Below, piece by piece: positions 49,396 through 61,333 of a DNA stretch of 64,000 nucleotides (position 1 is the stretch's first letter; each line of letters starts with the position of its first letter). Both the position numbers and the translations under genes were made by a program. The DNA is from Patellaria atrata CBS 101060. Lineage: Eukaryota. The stretch lies in the NCBI GenBank assembly GCA_010093705.1, contig MU006099.1, forward strand, positions 744,001 through 808,000, given 5' to 3'. Under the pieces are notes generated by a model. It did not search any database. It saw only the letters and a program-made list of their open reading frames with translations, and was not told the origin of the DNA.

Positions 49396-50630
49396 TCAAG
49401 AGCTGCTAGCGGTGATACCATCAGCAGCGCTTTTGCCCTTTTCTGCATCCACTTCTTGAGGGTTATTCATAGCCGGGATATCGTCTATGTAGAGCTTGTG
49501 CTGCTCGATGTATGCAATAACCTCTGGAGGGACCAGATAACGAATACCTAGAGTGAGATGAATTTAGCACAAACTTGCATTACCCTAGACCGGTAGGTAC
49601 TTACTTAAAGACTTTTTGAGAAACAGTCGGATTTTGGTCGAAGAAACGTCGTTTTGAATGAGGGGCGCTATGACGCGAATATTGTCCCTGTACTTCTCGA
49701 GAGGTCCCATCGCAGCATCGATATCTGTACCAGCTCGCTCCACACAAAATAGCCCAAAATGGCCGAGAATTACGTCAAGGTCCTCTTGAGCTACAAGTCG
49801 GTCAGCAAGTGTTCCCGTCGTAATCAAAATTCGGGTGCATATGGACTTACCCCAAACGCCAGGCGCACTCATCGTCTGAGAAGAATATTAGCATGACGAG
49901 GGCTTTTTCTACTATCGCGAGGGGCTACATGTTGTACCTCTACTAGATCCGCCCCACTGAGAAGCGAGACATGCACCTTTTGTTGTTCTCCCGCTTCATT
50001 TCTCACTAACGCATGCTTATCAAGTTCGTCCTCAATATGCTGAAGTACACGTGCGGTAGGCTATACGAAATTAGTGTCATATTATATTTGTTCATGCAGC
50101 ACGTATTTGTACCTGATAGTCGGCACATCTGGCCTCATGGTCGTCGACCATAAGTACGGGTGAGTTGCGAACGGCAAGCCGAGCCATATTGACCCTATGG
50201 TGGACAGGAGCAAGACCTTGCTTCCGATATTTCGCGCCCACGGGGCTCATGTAAGCACCTTGGAGCCAGATCAATTTTGGCCTCACAGTCTTAGGGTATC
50301 GCATGTACCTATGAACTCCCATTCCTGAGATAGTCGACAATAGTCTGCGGCCAACTCCACCATTCTTAGATCTATGTTCGTGGGTCATTAGCCTTGTGAC
50401 ACTCGATATCGGACTGTTCGCTGCGTTCGAGGATCATTGCGCTTACGGAGGTAGGTTGTAGGACTGAAACTTCCACATGATACTAACACCAAAGGTTTTT
50501 TGTTCGTTTTCAAGGTTGTCTGAAGTTTGGACTGGTCGAACTGATACCCTTCAAGGGTATCTCCAGGCTGCATGAACTCCATCGGTCTCCACAGGGAGCC
50601 ACTAGATCCCCGACGTTCAGATAGTGTCAT
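49396..50630 (-). CDS. NMA1: Nicotinamide/nicotinate mononucleotide adenylyltransferase (about 7 exons)
   Basis: CGSFSPTTYL-H (GxFxPxTxxH across intron 1), YMSPV...Y.K.GL, LLSGADL, MSAPGVW, QNDVSSTKIRLFL and last exon IRYLVPPEVIAYIEQHKLY. Stop TGA at 49398-49396. The start could be the Met at 50582. Confidence 0.92.
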
Positions 50631-51828
50631 AGAACCTCTGCACCTTCTTTTGATACTTTCGACTTGGAGGTTGTGTATGCTTCGTCTGCGGTGGTAGGAA
50701 GGCTTTTAGTGTAAAAAAGGTTTCGATCGTTCGAGCCTCGAGAGTTCGCAGTTCGGAAGAGGAGCGTTGAGTCAGGCTTTTGACCGGCGAGAACCGGCGG
50801 CGAGTTTTTTTCGTAAGCAAAGGGCTCAATCCTATGATCGGACGGGTGGGAGCGAGGAAAGCAGGTGGGTAGATTTGAGTTTGAACGGTTGGCGGGTAAG
50901 AAGAAGCAACTTTGTGGTAGTTTTAACTGTGCTAGTCGTAGTTTGAGGACGGGAGAATGATAAATGGTAAAGTAACCCCGCGCTACCTACTATGCTGGAT
51001 AGAAACCTACAGTAAGGTAATAATAAGGCAATAAGCAGGCAAGCGGGCGAGACCATCCGACCTTCACTTCGGAAATTTCAGCAACGAACGATTGATAGTA
51101 ATAAGTAAGGGGTTGAATAGTGATTTGTTGTCGGAAGGGTCTCTCCTAGACAAAGAGTTTTGTTTTCGTTCTTTTCCGCAATATTGATAAAGGTAATGGA
51201 GGGAGATACCTTTCAAAAGCAAGGCTGCGTCACAGCAAGCCACACCTCAAAACCATAGATGCCTTATGAGTATTTCGGTATTTCCACACGTTTTGTGCCG
51301 GGGAAATCCTGGAGAGACATCAGAGGTTGTACAAGTATAAAATTAGTTCATTCATATATGTCTGCCTGGCCTTATCTTATGCTAATAATAATGACAGTTT
51401 GTTCAAGAATAACAAGGTAGCCGGTAGATAAATGGAAGGCATAAGGTAGGTAGGAAAGATGCTCAACAAGTCAAACTGGACAAACATGCGGGGTACTGAG
51501 CTTTATACACATGCTCTTCACCTCACATCCAGATGTACGGATGTACGTTACCTTATAAGCGTAAGGTACAAAAGGTACTGTAGAACCACAAAGCGATGGG
51601 TATGCTTTGCTCTCAGTGATATTTCCTTCGCCATATTCCATTACGACTTTTTACTTGGAATCACAAAACGTCTCTTGACTCTGTCTACTCTGTATACTAC
51701 CGCTCTTTGCTCGGTAGAATTTCCGGCGACAGGGCGCGAAAGGCTTGCGCCGCGCTGCATTGAACTTGCACTTCCATTTACGGTACCTTATCCACCCACC
51801 TCATGGAGGTACACCTCAGTACACCTCA

Positions 51829-52018
51829 GCACAGTATACAGTAAAGTATACCGCACAGTATACAGTACAGTATACAGCACAGTATACAGTACAGTATACA
51901 GCATAGTATACAGTACAGTATACAGCACAGTATACAGTACAGTATAAGTACAGTATACAGTACAGTATAAGAACAGTATACAGTACCGTATAAGCACAGT
52001 ATACAGTACGGTACAGTA
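51829..52018. repeat. Minisatellite of 12-bp unit ACAGTATACAG(T/C), about 15 copies
   Basis: Directly visible tandem array with partial T/C alternation (24-bp higher-order unit) and degenerate ends. Confidence 0.95.
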
Positions 52019-52773
52019 AAAGAAAACAGAGTAACCTAAGCTAAAGTACCTGATATATCTCATACCTGTGACTGATCTATGTGCTCTTGCGTCAATAATG
52101 TCGAGTAGGTAGAGTAACCCTGAATAATTCGCTTTTGAGATATCAATTGATGACTTTTAGCCGCGCGGATATTGAATACTAAGAGATCAAGCATTGTTCC
52201 CTATCCTCCATTGAATTAGAGAGGTAAAGTTAGCCGGCAGAGAGGTTAGGGGCAGGTTTGAAATAAGCGCGTTTCGCCAAACGGATACAACGATCGAATG
52301 GGTTAAGTGACTTAGTGAGGTGTAGACCGACAACACTACTACACCACCATCAATCATCTTTGGAAGAAAGCTTCTGACTTCTTCATGTCCGCTGACTTTC
52401 CCTTCGACAAACCCATCAGCTTACCTGCACACTGCTGTAGGTAAGCACAAGATCGTGAAATTTTCTTTCTTTTTTGGCTTCTCACTTCATCTCCCCACCG
52501 TTGCGAATGAGTGCCTCGCCTATGGCAGACACGAGCGAGTGAATGTAAATGGAGAAGAGAGGGCCACCTCAATCCAATTTTCCCGACATTTCTTCACTCT
52601 CATCGACACCCGACTACAGGTACACTCCAGAAGTTCCTTTCTTTTCTTACCGCGCCCCACTAAGACCCTTCCATTAACAATCCTCAACCTTCATTTTCGA
52701 CACTCCAAACTCCAAGCAATCCTCAACCCACTGGGATCAACCCTCGACCCACTTCGGAGTATCTAGATTCTAA

Positions 52774-55700
52774 ATGTCATCAAGGGTGACTCGCTCTGCT
52801 GCGAGAGCCTCTGCAGGTACAAATTCAGCGCCGACCCAACTCACGAACGATCCTGTACCTGATCCCCCCCCGGTACGATCCTCACGTAAACGTAAAGCTT
52901 CTACCCGCGAACCTACTCCTCCAGACCCGTCCCCGGAATCTCCATCGCAACCATCTCGAAAGGCAACCAAACGTTCAAAGGTGGACAAGCCTGAATCTAG
53001 TGTTAGAGCTCCCCCCACCCAACCTCACCCACCTCCGGCCATACGCAGTCGAAAGGGAAAAGCTGCTGTCACCATGTCAAATGCTGGGTATGGAATTCAT
53101 AACAGTCGGGAATAACGGAACATGGCTGACATGATTAGACCGTCGTCGGGACCTTCCGAGGAAACATCGCCGGCCCAAGCAATCGCGTCTTCTTCGACGA
53201 GTAAACGCAAGTCAACCCGTAAGAGGAGCAATATCGGTGAGGAAAATAAGAGTATCGCCGCTCAATCAAACCTTAAGCTTACGTAATATAGACAATGGGC
53301 CTTCAACGACCACTCCTACCTCCAGACGTTCGAAGAAGTCTCTTCCCAAACCTGATGAAGATTTAGAAATGAACGACGTCGAAGACGAGAAGCACGAGGA
53401 TTCAACATTGAAGTCCAATGAGGATACATTTCGCCCTCATTCGAGTGACGATAGCGGCGGAGATGACCAATCCCACAATTACCCTGAAGATGAGGATGAC
53501 AATCCTTTTGAAAGTAATTTCTTACGACGTGCTACCGGAGCAGGGCTCTCGAGTACCTTACGGGCGTTAAGTGGCATGATGTCTGGACAACATTCCAGAC
53601 TTCGAGGTATACTAGAGAGACTCAAACAGAAAGATGATCCATCAATGCAATTGATCGCCTTGCAGGATCTTTCAGAGTTGCTCTTAATATCTACGGAAGA
53701 CAACCTTTCCGGTCAATTCTCCCCCGATCAGTATATCAAAGAGCTTATTACCCTAATGCAACCCAATGAGTTTGGAGAAGAGAACCCAGAAATCATGCTT
53801 TTAGCCTGTCGATGTATTGCTAACATGATGGAAGCTCTTCCAGCGTCTACAGGTAATGTGGTTTATGGTGGAGCTGTACCTGTCCTTTGCCAGAAACTGC
53901 GTGAGATTCACTATATTGACCTAGCGGAACAAGCATTGAGCGTAAGTCTTCCACTCAAAAACTTCCGGCAATATCACTGACAAGCTTTTCAGACACTGGA
54001 AAAGATATCGGTCGAGTTTCCAGCGTCGATCGTCCGTGAAGATGGCTTAGAAGCGTGTCTAACCTACCTAGACTTTTTCGCAACGGGCACCCAGCGCACG
54101 GCCGTAACTACTGCAGCAAATTGTTGTCGGAATATACCGGAAGACAATTTCGATGTTATCAAGCGAGTGATGCCAATCTTGCAAAACGTTCTTAACAATA
54201 GTGACCAGAGAGTCCTGGAACAAGGCTGTCTCTGCGTGTGTAGGATTGTGGAGAGCTTTAAGTATCAGGATAAGAAGCTGGAGGAGCTCATAGAGCCAGA
54301 GTTACTTCGTGCCATTCTCCGCCTGCTCCTACCGGGGACCACGAATCTCATTGGACCTAACATACACACCCAATTTCTACGTGTGCTTTCCATCACTGCT
54401 CGTGCAAGTCCACGTCTTTCCGTGGAGCTCTTCAAGATGAATGTGGTCGATACTCTGTATCAGATTCTCACTGGGATATCGCCACCATCCGGTACCGATG
54501 ATATCGCTACGAAGATTGACACTGTAGTCATTATGCAGGCGCTGATTCACCGTCCTCGTGAGCAGATATTTGAAACTCTGAATGTAATCTGCGAGCTTCT
54601 TCCAGACATACCGGAATCTGAGCTTTTATCCCTTCATGGCACTCAGAACTTCAACTCTCTGAAAGAAGAAAACGTTGCAAGTTCGACTCGGTCGAAGAAA
54701 TCGCCCAATGATAAGCGGATAGATTCCCTCGAGGAATGTAAAGTCGAGGTTAAGAGATTTGCGGTAATTCTTCTCCCTACTCTGACTGATGCTTATTCTA
54801 GCACTGTTAATCTCAGCGTGAGACAAAAGGTCTTGAATGCGCAACTCAAGATGCTTTCGAACTTAGACGTCGAAATTCTAGGGGAAGCCTTACGCTCAGT
54901 ACCATATGCTTCATATCTCGCATCAATCCTTTCTCAACGGGACCACCACTCGCTTGTAACATCTGCTTTACAAGCTGCAGAGTTGTTGCTGAAACGCATG
55001 GAGCCTATCTACCGATATCAATTCTATCGTGAAGGTGTCATCTCCGAAATATTGAAACTTGCTGAAAGGCCATTGGAAGACTTGCCAGAGAGCAAATCTC
55101 AAACTGCTACGGCCGATTTCGAAGTATTACCCGTGGAAGCCTCGAAACGCCATGGGAACCCTTTTGAGGAGCCGACTAATGAGGAGGTTCCAAGTGATAT
55201 TCACGTTCTAAACTCGAAGATAGGTGATGACGACGGGGAAGACGACGAGGACGGACAGGAAGAACATCACGATGATAACTCCGAGTCCAATTCTGATTCA
55301 GAGTCCGATCGTAATATACCCATACCTCCACCTATTGCTCACATTGAGGATGTTATAACCGAGCAGGCTAAGAAGCTTATTGAGCAGTATGAGTCGAACG
55401 GCGATAAAGCACCAAGAGACCGGGCTTCAGCAATCCTTACTGATTTGAAAGCTTTAGCTCAGGAGCTTAGAGAATATTACCGGGGTAACGGCTCAGGAGA
55501 GGGATCAATACTGTTCTCCCGTCTTGCGACATATTTTGATGGTAATGCTCTAGAGAGCATCACTAGTTACGAGCTTCTAACCTCAAAGGTCGTTGAAGTT
55601 CTGTTGGAAATATTCTCTGGGCCTGATGATGAGGTGTCAGCTGAAGCCCGTGCCGCTTTTCTCGAAGCGTTTATGGGTTCCAGATTACGCTCTAGTCAGA

Positions 55701-58618
55701 AGACAAACTCCTCGGCTACTCTGTTCAGTGTCCTGGTTCACAAGCTCCAAGATCTCTTAAGCCGCGCGGAGCACTTTGAGGTCATCACAGTCCATCAAAA
55801 TACTTTTGATAGCAACCGGAGCAGTGCAGCCTCTATGCTTGCGAAACAAATTCGACTAAAGTTAGTCGCTGATGAAGACTCGGGAATTCCAAGAGGATAT
55901 AGAAATATTATGGTTTCTATCCACGCAATTGCAACGTTCAAGGCCCTTGACGATTACCTCCGACCTCGTATCAGTCTAGCAGAACGTCCCCGCGGAGCCA
56001 GAGATCGCGGCGGCATGTCTGACGCCATTGCCGCCTATGCTGCTGCTCTGAGGGAACGCGGAGTGTTCGATGGCAGAAGTTCTTCTGCAGGATCCCCAGC
56101 TGCTTTGCCATCCGATACTACTAACCGGCCAAATAAGCGGACCGCGAAATCGAAACCACCCAATTCATCAGTCCCAACATCCTCCTTACAAGTTGCTTCC
56201 GGTTCTGTCCCTGAGAGATCCCCAGCTGTTCGTCGGTCGTCCAGGCGACATCAATCAAATTCGCAAGCACCGCCACCACCACCACCTCCTCCTCCCCCGC
56301 TACCCGATACTCTCGAGGCTGAAAATATGGGGGAACAGCTAGAGTGCGCGGATGAGGCTCAGCTTTCAGATGAAGATGACATGGATGATGACAGTGCTCT
56401 TGACGCCCTAGTGGATGATCTGGAGAACGAATTGGATGAGGAAATTCCAGACCCGTCTGCCGTGAGCGTTGAAGTTGCCTCCACTGGTAGAGTCACTGCA
56501 CGAAAGGAGGATGGGACTCGAGTAGCTACGCCCCTTCAGGGTGCCAGTGCAAGTTCCTCCCACTTGTCACCAGCAGAACGTTTCGCCGCCATGGCTCGAC
56601 AGAGCTTCGCCCAACAAGCTCTGGCAAGTCCCACATCGTCTCGGACTATGTCTTACGCTGCTGCAGTGCAAGCGATTCCGCAGGATTGGCATATCGAATT
56701 TGAAGTTAACGGCGAAAGTATATCCAACGAGACCACAATCTATCGTGTCATTCACTTCAACCAACATCAGCCGAGCGAAGTTTCTGTTCGGAACATCTGG
56801 TCTGTTGTCCATACAATCAAGTTCAAAAAGGTTGCAGGGCCTCCACCAGCAGAGTTTAGCTCGCTGAGCCCACCTCCTGAGTCGAAATCTCCAACAGTAT
56901 CTACCTTACCGGTGTCTCTCGACAAGAACCCAACCACATCAGGGATTCTTCGTCTTCTCAGTATGTTACATGAAATGAACGCGAATATTGACGATGTCCT
57001 TTCCGACAAGAAAGAGGCCCAAGGATTCACGACGGAACCAGTCTCACAATTCGTCAATACCAAACTGACCGCGAAACTCAACCGTCAATTGGAGGAGCCA
57101 CTCATTGTGGCTAGCAATTGCCTTCCTAGCTGGAGTGAAGATCTTGCACGCCTCTATCCTTTTCTCTTTCCCTTTGAGACTAGGCATCTGTTTCTGCAGT
57201 CTACTTCGTTTGGTTACTCGCGCTCAATGACAAGATGGCAAAATGCACAGTCAAGCAGTGACGCCCGACATGATCGCCACCGTGATGATAGGCCTTTCTT
57301 AGGACGCCTCCAACGCCAGAAGGTTCGGATTTCTCGTAGCAGAATATTGGAATCTGCCATCAAGGTCATGGAGCTCTATGGGTCTTCCCCAAGCATTCTC
57401 GAGGTAGAGTACTTTGAAGAAGTAGGCACAGGTCTAGGCCCCACCCTTGAATTCTACTCTACAGTATCAAAAGAGTTTTCGAAAAAGAAGATCAAGCTCT
57501 GGCGGGAGCATGAGTCTAATGTAAAGGACGAATTCGCTTTCGGAACACAGGGCTTGTTTCCTGCGCCAATGAGTGAGGAACTTGCTAATAGTGAAAATGG
57601 GAAACGGGTCCTTCACCTATTCAAGATGCTTGGGAAATTTGTGGCTCGCTCCATGCTTGATTCGAGGATTATTGATATCTCATTCAATTCGACATTCTTC
57701 CGGATCGGCGACGCCTCGGTTGCAGTAGCCCCTTCCCTTGGAGCCGTTAAGGGAGTTGATGCTGGACTTGCGAAGTCTCTTAAACTCCTTAAGAAGTTCG
57801 CTAATGCGAAGAAAAAGGTTGATGAAAATCCAAAGCTCAATGCCGCGCAGAAAGTACAAGCACTTCAGGAGATTGTGATTGACGGTGCTAGGGTTGAAGA
57901 TATAGGACTAGATTTCACGCTTCCAGGGTATTCCTCCATCGAAATGATCCCTAACGGCCGCGACGTAGATGTTACGATTGACAATGTCACTTTATACGTG
58001 GAAAAGGTCTTAGATTATACGCTCGGTCAAGGTGTACAGCGCCAAATTGATGCCTTCCGCGCTGGATTCTCCCTGGTCTTCCCGTATTCCGCCCTGAAAG
58101 CGTTCACGCCAGATGAACTAGTTATGTTATTCGGTAGGGTGGAGGAAGATTGGTCTCTTGAGAGTAAGTGAAAACATATCTAACGTAAGAAGAGACTAAC
58201 CAATCATCATCAACAGCTCTTATGGACTCGGTCAAAGCCGACCATGGCTACAATCTCGACAGCAAGAGCGTTCGCAACCTCTTGCAAGCCATGTCCGAAC
58301 TGAACCCTTCTCAACGCCGAGACTTCCTTCAGTTCGTTACAGGTAGCCCTAAGCTTCCTATCGGAGGTAAACAGCCCTTCCTTGAAGAGACCTCACTTCG
58401 ACCTTTACTAACGGCTTTTAGGCTTCAAAGCTCTTACTCCGATGTTTACTGTGGTTTGCAAACCATCCGAACCACCATATACGTCTGATGACTATCTTCC
58501 CAGCGTCATGACCTGTGTCAACTATCTCAAAATGCCGGATTACAGCACCATGGAAATACTAAGGGAGAGATTGAATGTTGCGATCAGGGAAGGTCAAGGG
58601 GCCTTTCACCTGTCTTGA
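52774..58618 (+). CDS. UFD4: HECT E3 ubiquitin ligase Ufd4/TRIP12 (about 6 exons)
   Basis: ARM region ([39 protein letters not shown]), [31 protein letters not shown], catalytic [16 protein letters not shown] and C-terminal GAFHLS-TGA. Confidence 0.95.
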
Positions 58619-59258
58619 TCTCGTGGTGCGACACGCACATGAGTTATCGACGGCTATGACGATAGATATTTTACACATGGAAAGGGAATGGAGTTGCTTT
58701 TCTTGCATTTTATGGGCGCACTGTTAACTCTTTATTATCATCTCATCTCCTCATTCGGAGTCATTAGTGATAATGGAGGATGGGAGGATTCCAATTAAAT
58801 TGTGCATTGTACGGTTGTTGAGGTAGGGGGGCGCAGGTAGTTCTGGAGGCTTAATTCATAAAACCTTAAGTAGATAGGAAATATGAAGTAGAGCATTCTG
58901 CATAGCTTCTATCACGTAACATGAGCTCCACTTAGTCTCCTTGCCTTCAAAACCAGCGCCAGCTACCCTTTGTACCTAATGTGTGATACTCCGAAGTAAG
59001 ATATGAATGACATAAAAGGTCCAGATTTCTTTGATGACAACCTACAATATTCTTCGACATATTAGCGGTATAGTACAATACAGGGCGCCAGTCGCTCGTT
59101 CTATTTTGGCTTCTAAAACGTTCTCCGTCCTCTTACTTTGTACCACCAGCTACAGTACTAAGGTGCTAGCACTCAGACTGACACTTACCTTGCTAATATA
59201 ATTTACAATGTCCAAATCTCAAAAGGTTGCACCCCTCCCGACACAACGCTCACATAAA

Positions 59259-60902
59259 TCACTTCTTCGAAATACCAATGACGACAAGCTCGCCCCTGCC
59301 GACTTCAACCTTCCAGCCCTCATTGAGTAACATCTTCGTAACCGCTGGGCCTACCTTCGCCACTCCACCTTCACTATGCTTGCCCACGCCCGTCACGATC
59401 CTATATCCCTCTTCCATACCTAAGACTACCCTTTCTCTTCCGTTCCTCCCTACCTTCTTTTCTCCTAAGCCGGCCCACCAAGCTGCCACTTTCTCGCTTG
59501 TAATTCGCAAGGCATCTTTCACGGTAACACCGTGCAGATCCAGCTTTGTGGCCGACGACTGAGTGGCTACTAATGCATCGGCATCGGCGGCCGTAGCATT
59601 TGAGAGAGCAGAGGAGAAATCGCGAGCTACTTGGCTATAGTAAGCGGCAGCACCACCCATGTGATTGGAAGAGTTCGCCTTCCGGTATGAAGCCTGGGCT
59701 TGAGAGAAAGCGTATGCACGAGCAGTACTGAGGGTAGTTGAGTTCCCGATATAGGATTGCGCTGCAAATGCTTGAGTTGAGGGCGTAGGCGGAGGAGTGG
59801 GGTTGAGGTCAATAGGGGCATAGCGGGGTATGACCTCGATGCCGCCCTTTTCTTTGGAGTGGATTGGACTTGCCAAAATCTTAGCAAGCTCATGTGCGCT
59901 TGCTGTGGATGGGTGGGTGAGCCGGATAAGGGCCAAGATTTCGGGAAAGTCTACTGAGGGGAAGTCTTTAGCCAAATCCGCGGCGTTCTGAAGTATTACT
60001 GAGTCCTCTAAGACGAAGGGATCAGTATCCTTTATGTTTCGCTCTATGATTGTTGAGATAGTTTTGGGCATAGAGGCTCCATTATGATGGTACACCGATG
60101 AAATTAGGGTACGGGGAAGTTTGGTCTTGGAAGTGAGGAATGCAATATCCTTTGTACTGGTTTGCCAAACACTTTTCGGTACTTCCGGCGACGAGATATG
60201 GGCATCATCGCCGGTAGGACCCTGTTTTGCTTTTGATTTCTTGGGCCTTTTCTTCTTTACTTTCGTAATGTTGTTTACTTCGAAAAAGGCGTCAATCCCT
60301 TTCGTAGGCACCATCTCCTTTCCGCTCATGGGTTCATCAGCAAAAGAAGCATGATTCAATAATTCATCCACCGCTCTGTGAAAGTTTCCGTTACACTTCT
60401 TCAAGGTAAATGCGACAAAGGATGGTTTGATCCCCGGAAAAGTTTCACAAAGACTAGCTTCAGTGCCTCCGCTTTGAGTCTGTAAAACATCATCTAGAGG
60501 CTCATTCAGGCAGGTTGAGTCCGACGGCAGTCCTGAAAAGGAGGTAGAGTGCTGACCCATACCAACCGACCAGAAACTATTAGAGAGATTTGTCGAGTTA
60601 GTGTCTTCAAATTGCGACGCAAACTGGTCAAAATTAGAGCGATCTCTATTGGGCAGTCCACTACTGCCTGATGCATCAAAATCTGTTTGTTGTTCAAAAA
60701 CGGCATCAAACTTGAGAGTCTCTAGTAGGGTGCGCGCAACCTCAACACGAGGATCCATCGGGTGGTCAAAATCAGAAAAGATGGCACGGACCAAAGTACG
60801 GTCGAGCGGGGGGCAGTATGTTTCCTGATATGTTTATCAGCACTTATCTTCGTAGAAACGAAATAGCCATCTTACCTCTAGCTTTGCGATTAGTTCATCC
60901 AT
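59259..60902 (-). CDS. CUE2: CUE-domain + Smr-domain endonuclease (Cue2/N4BP2-like), 2 exons
   Basis: Exon 1 MDELIAKLE (60902-60876), intron 60875-60825. CUE-like motifs LCETFPGI..GNFHRAVDELL and LAKDFPSV. Smr motifs LDLHG and IVTGVGKHS. Confidence 0.85.
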
Positions 60903-61333
60903 ATTGGGTATATGAGAGAAGGCGTGGATGGTAAGGTTTTCTGATATTCATGCTCGTAACGACGGAAAATACAGTGGTAAAATTTTGTTGGTGCATGGAA
61001 GTTGCGCGAGTGGAAGAGCCGTAGTCAAATAATGAAGGATAAGTGTAGTGAATGGTGACGGGTGAAGTAGAACTGAGATCTTCAGCATCCGTCGTAGTTC
61101 TAAGAGTTCGGTAATAAGTTCATCCGTCACCGCACTGAGAACATGTACATGTGAAGGAGGGGCAACTTTACGCGGGGGTATAACCTTCCTGTCATCATAT
61201 CCTTATAGATACCTTAAACAACACCACAGACACCCTCCCTCCACCTCTGAAGTCTTTGTCTGATTCCAAGTGAATTGGAAAAGACTTTACCGAAAACACC
61301 TCCTCCAAACCAGATAACTGTCTCATCATCACA

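Noticed and set aside
51829..52018. CRISPR-like or telomeric array
   Set aside because: No unique spacers, eukaryotic context, and the unit is not TTAGGG-like.
51459..52063. ORFs with STVY/YTVL repeats
   Set aside because: Translations of the stop-free 12-bp minisatellite.
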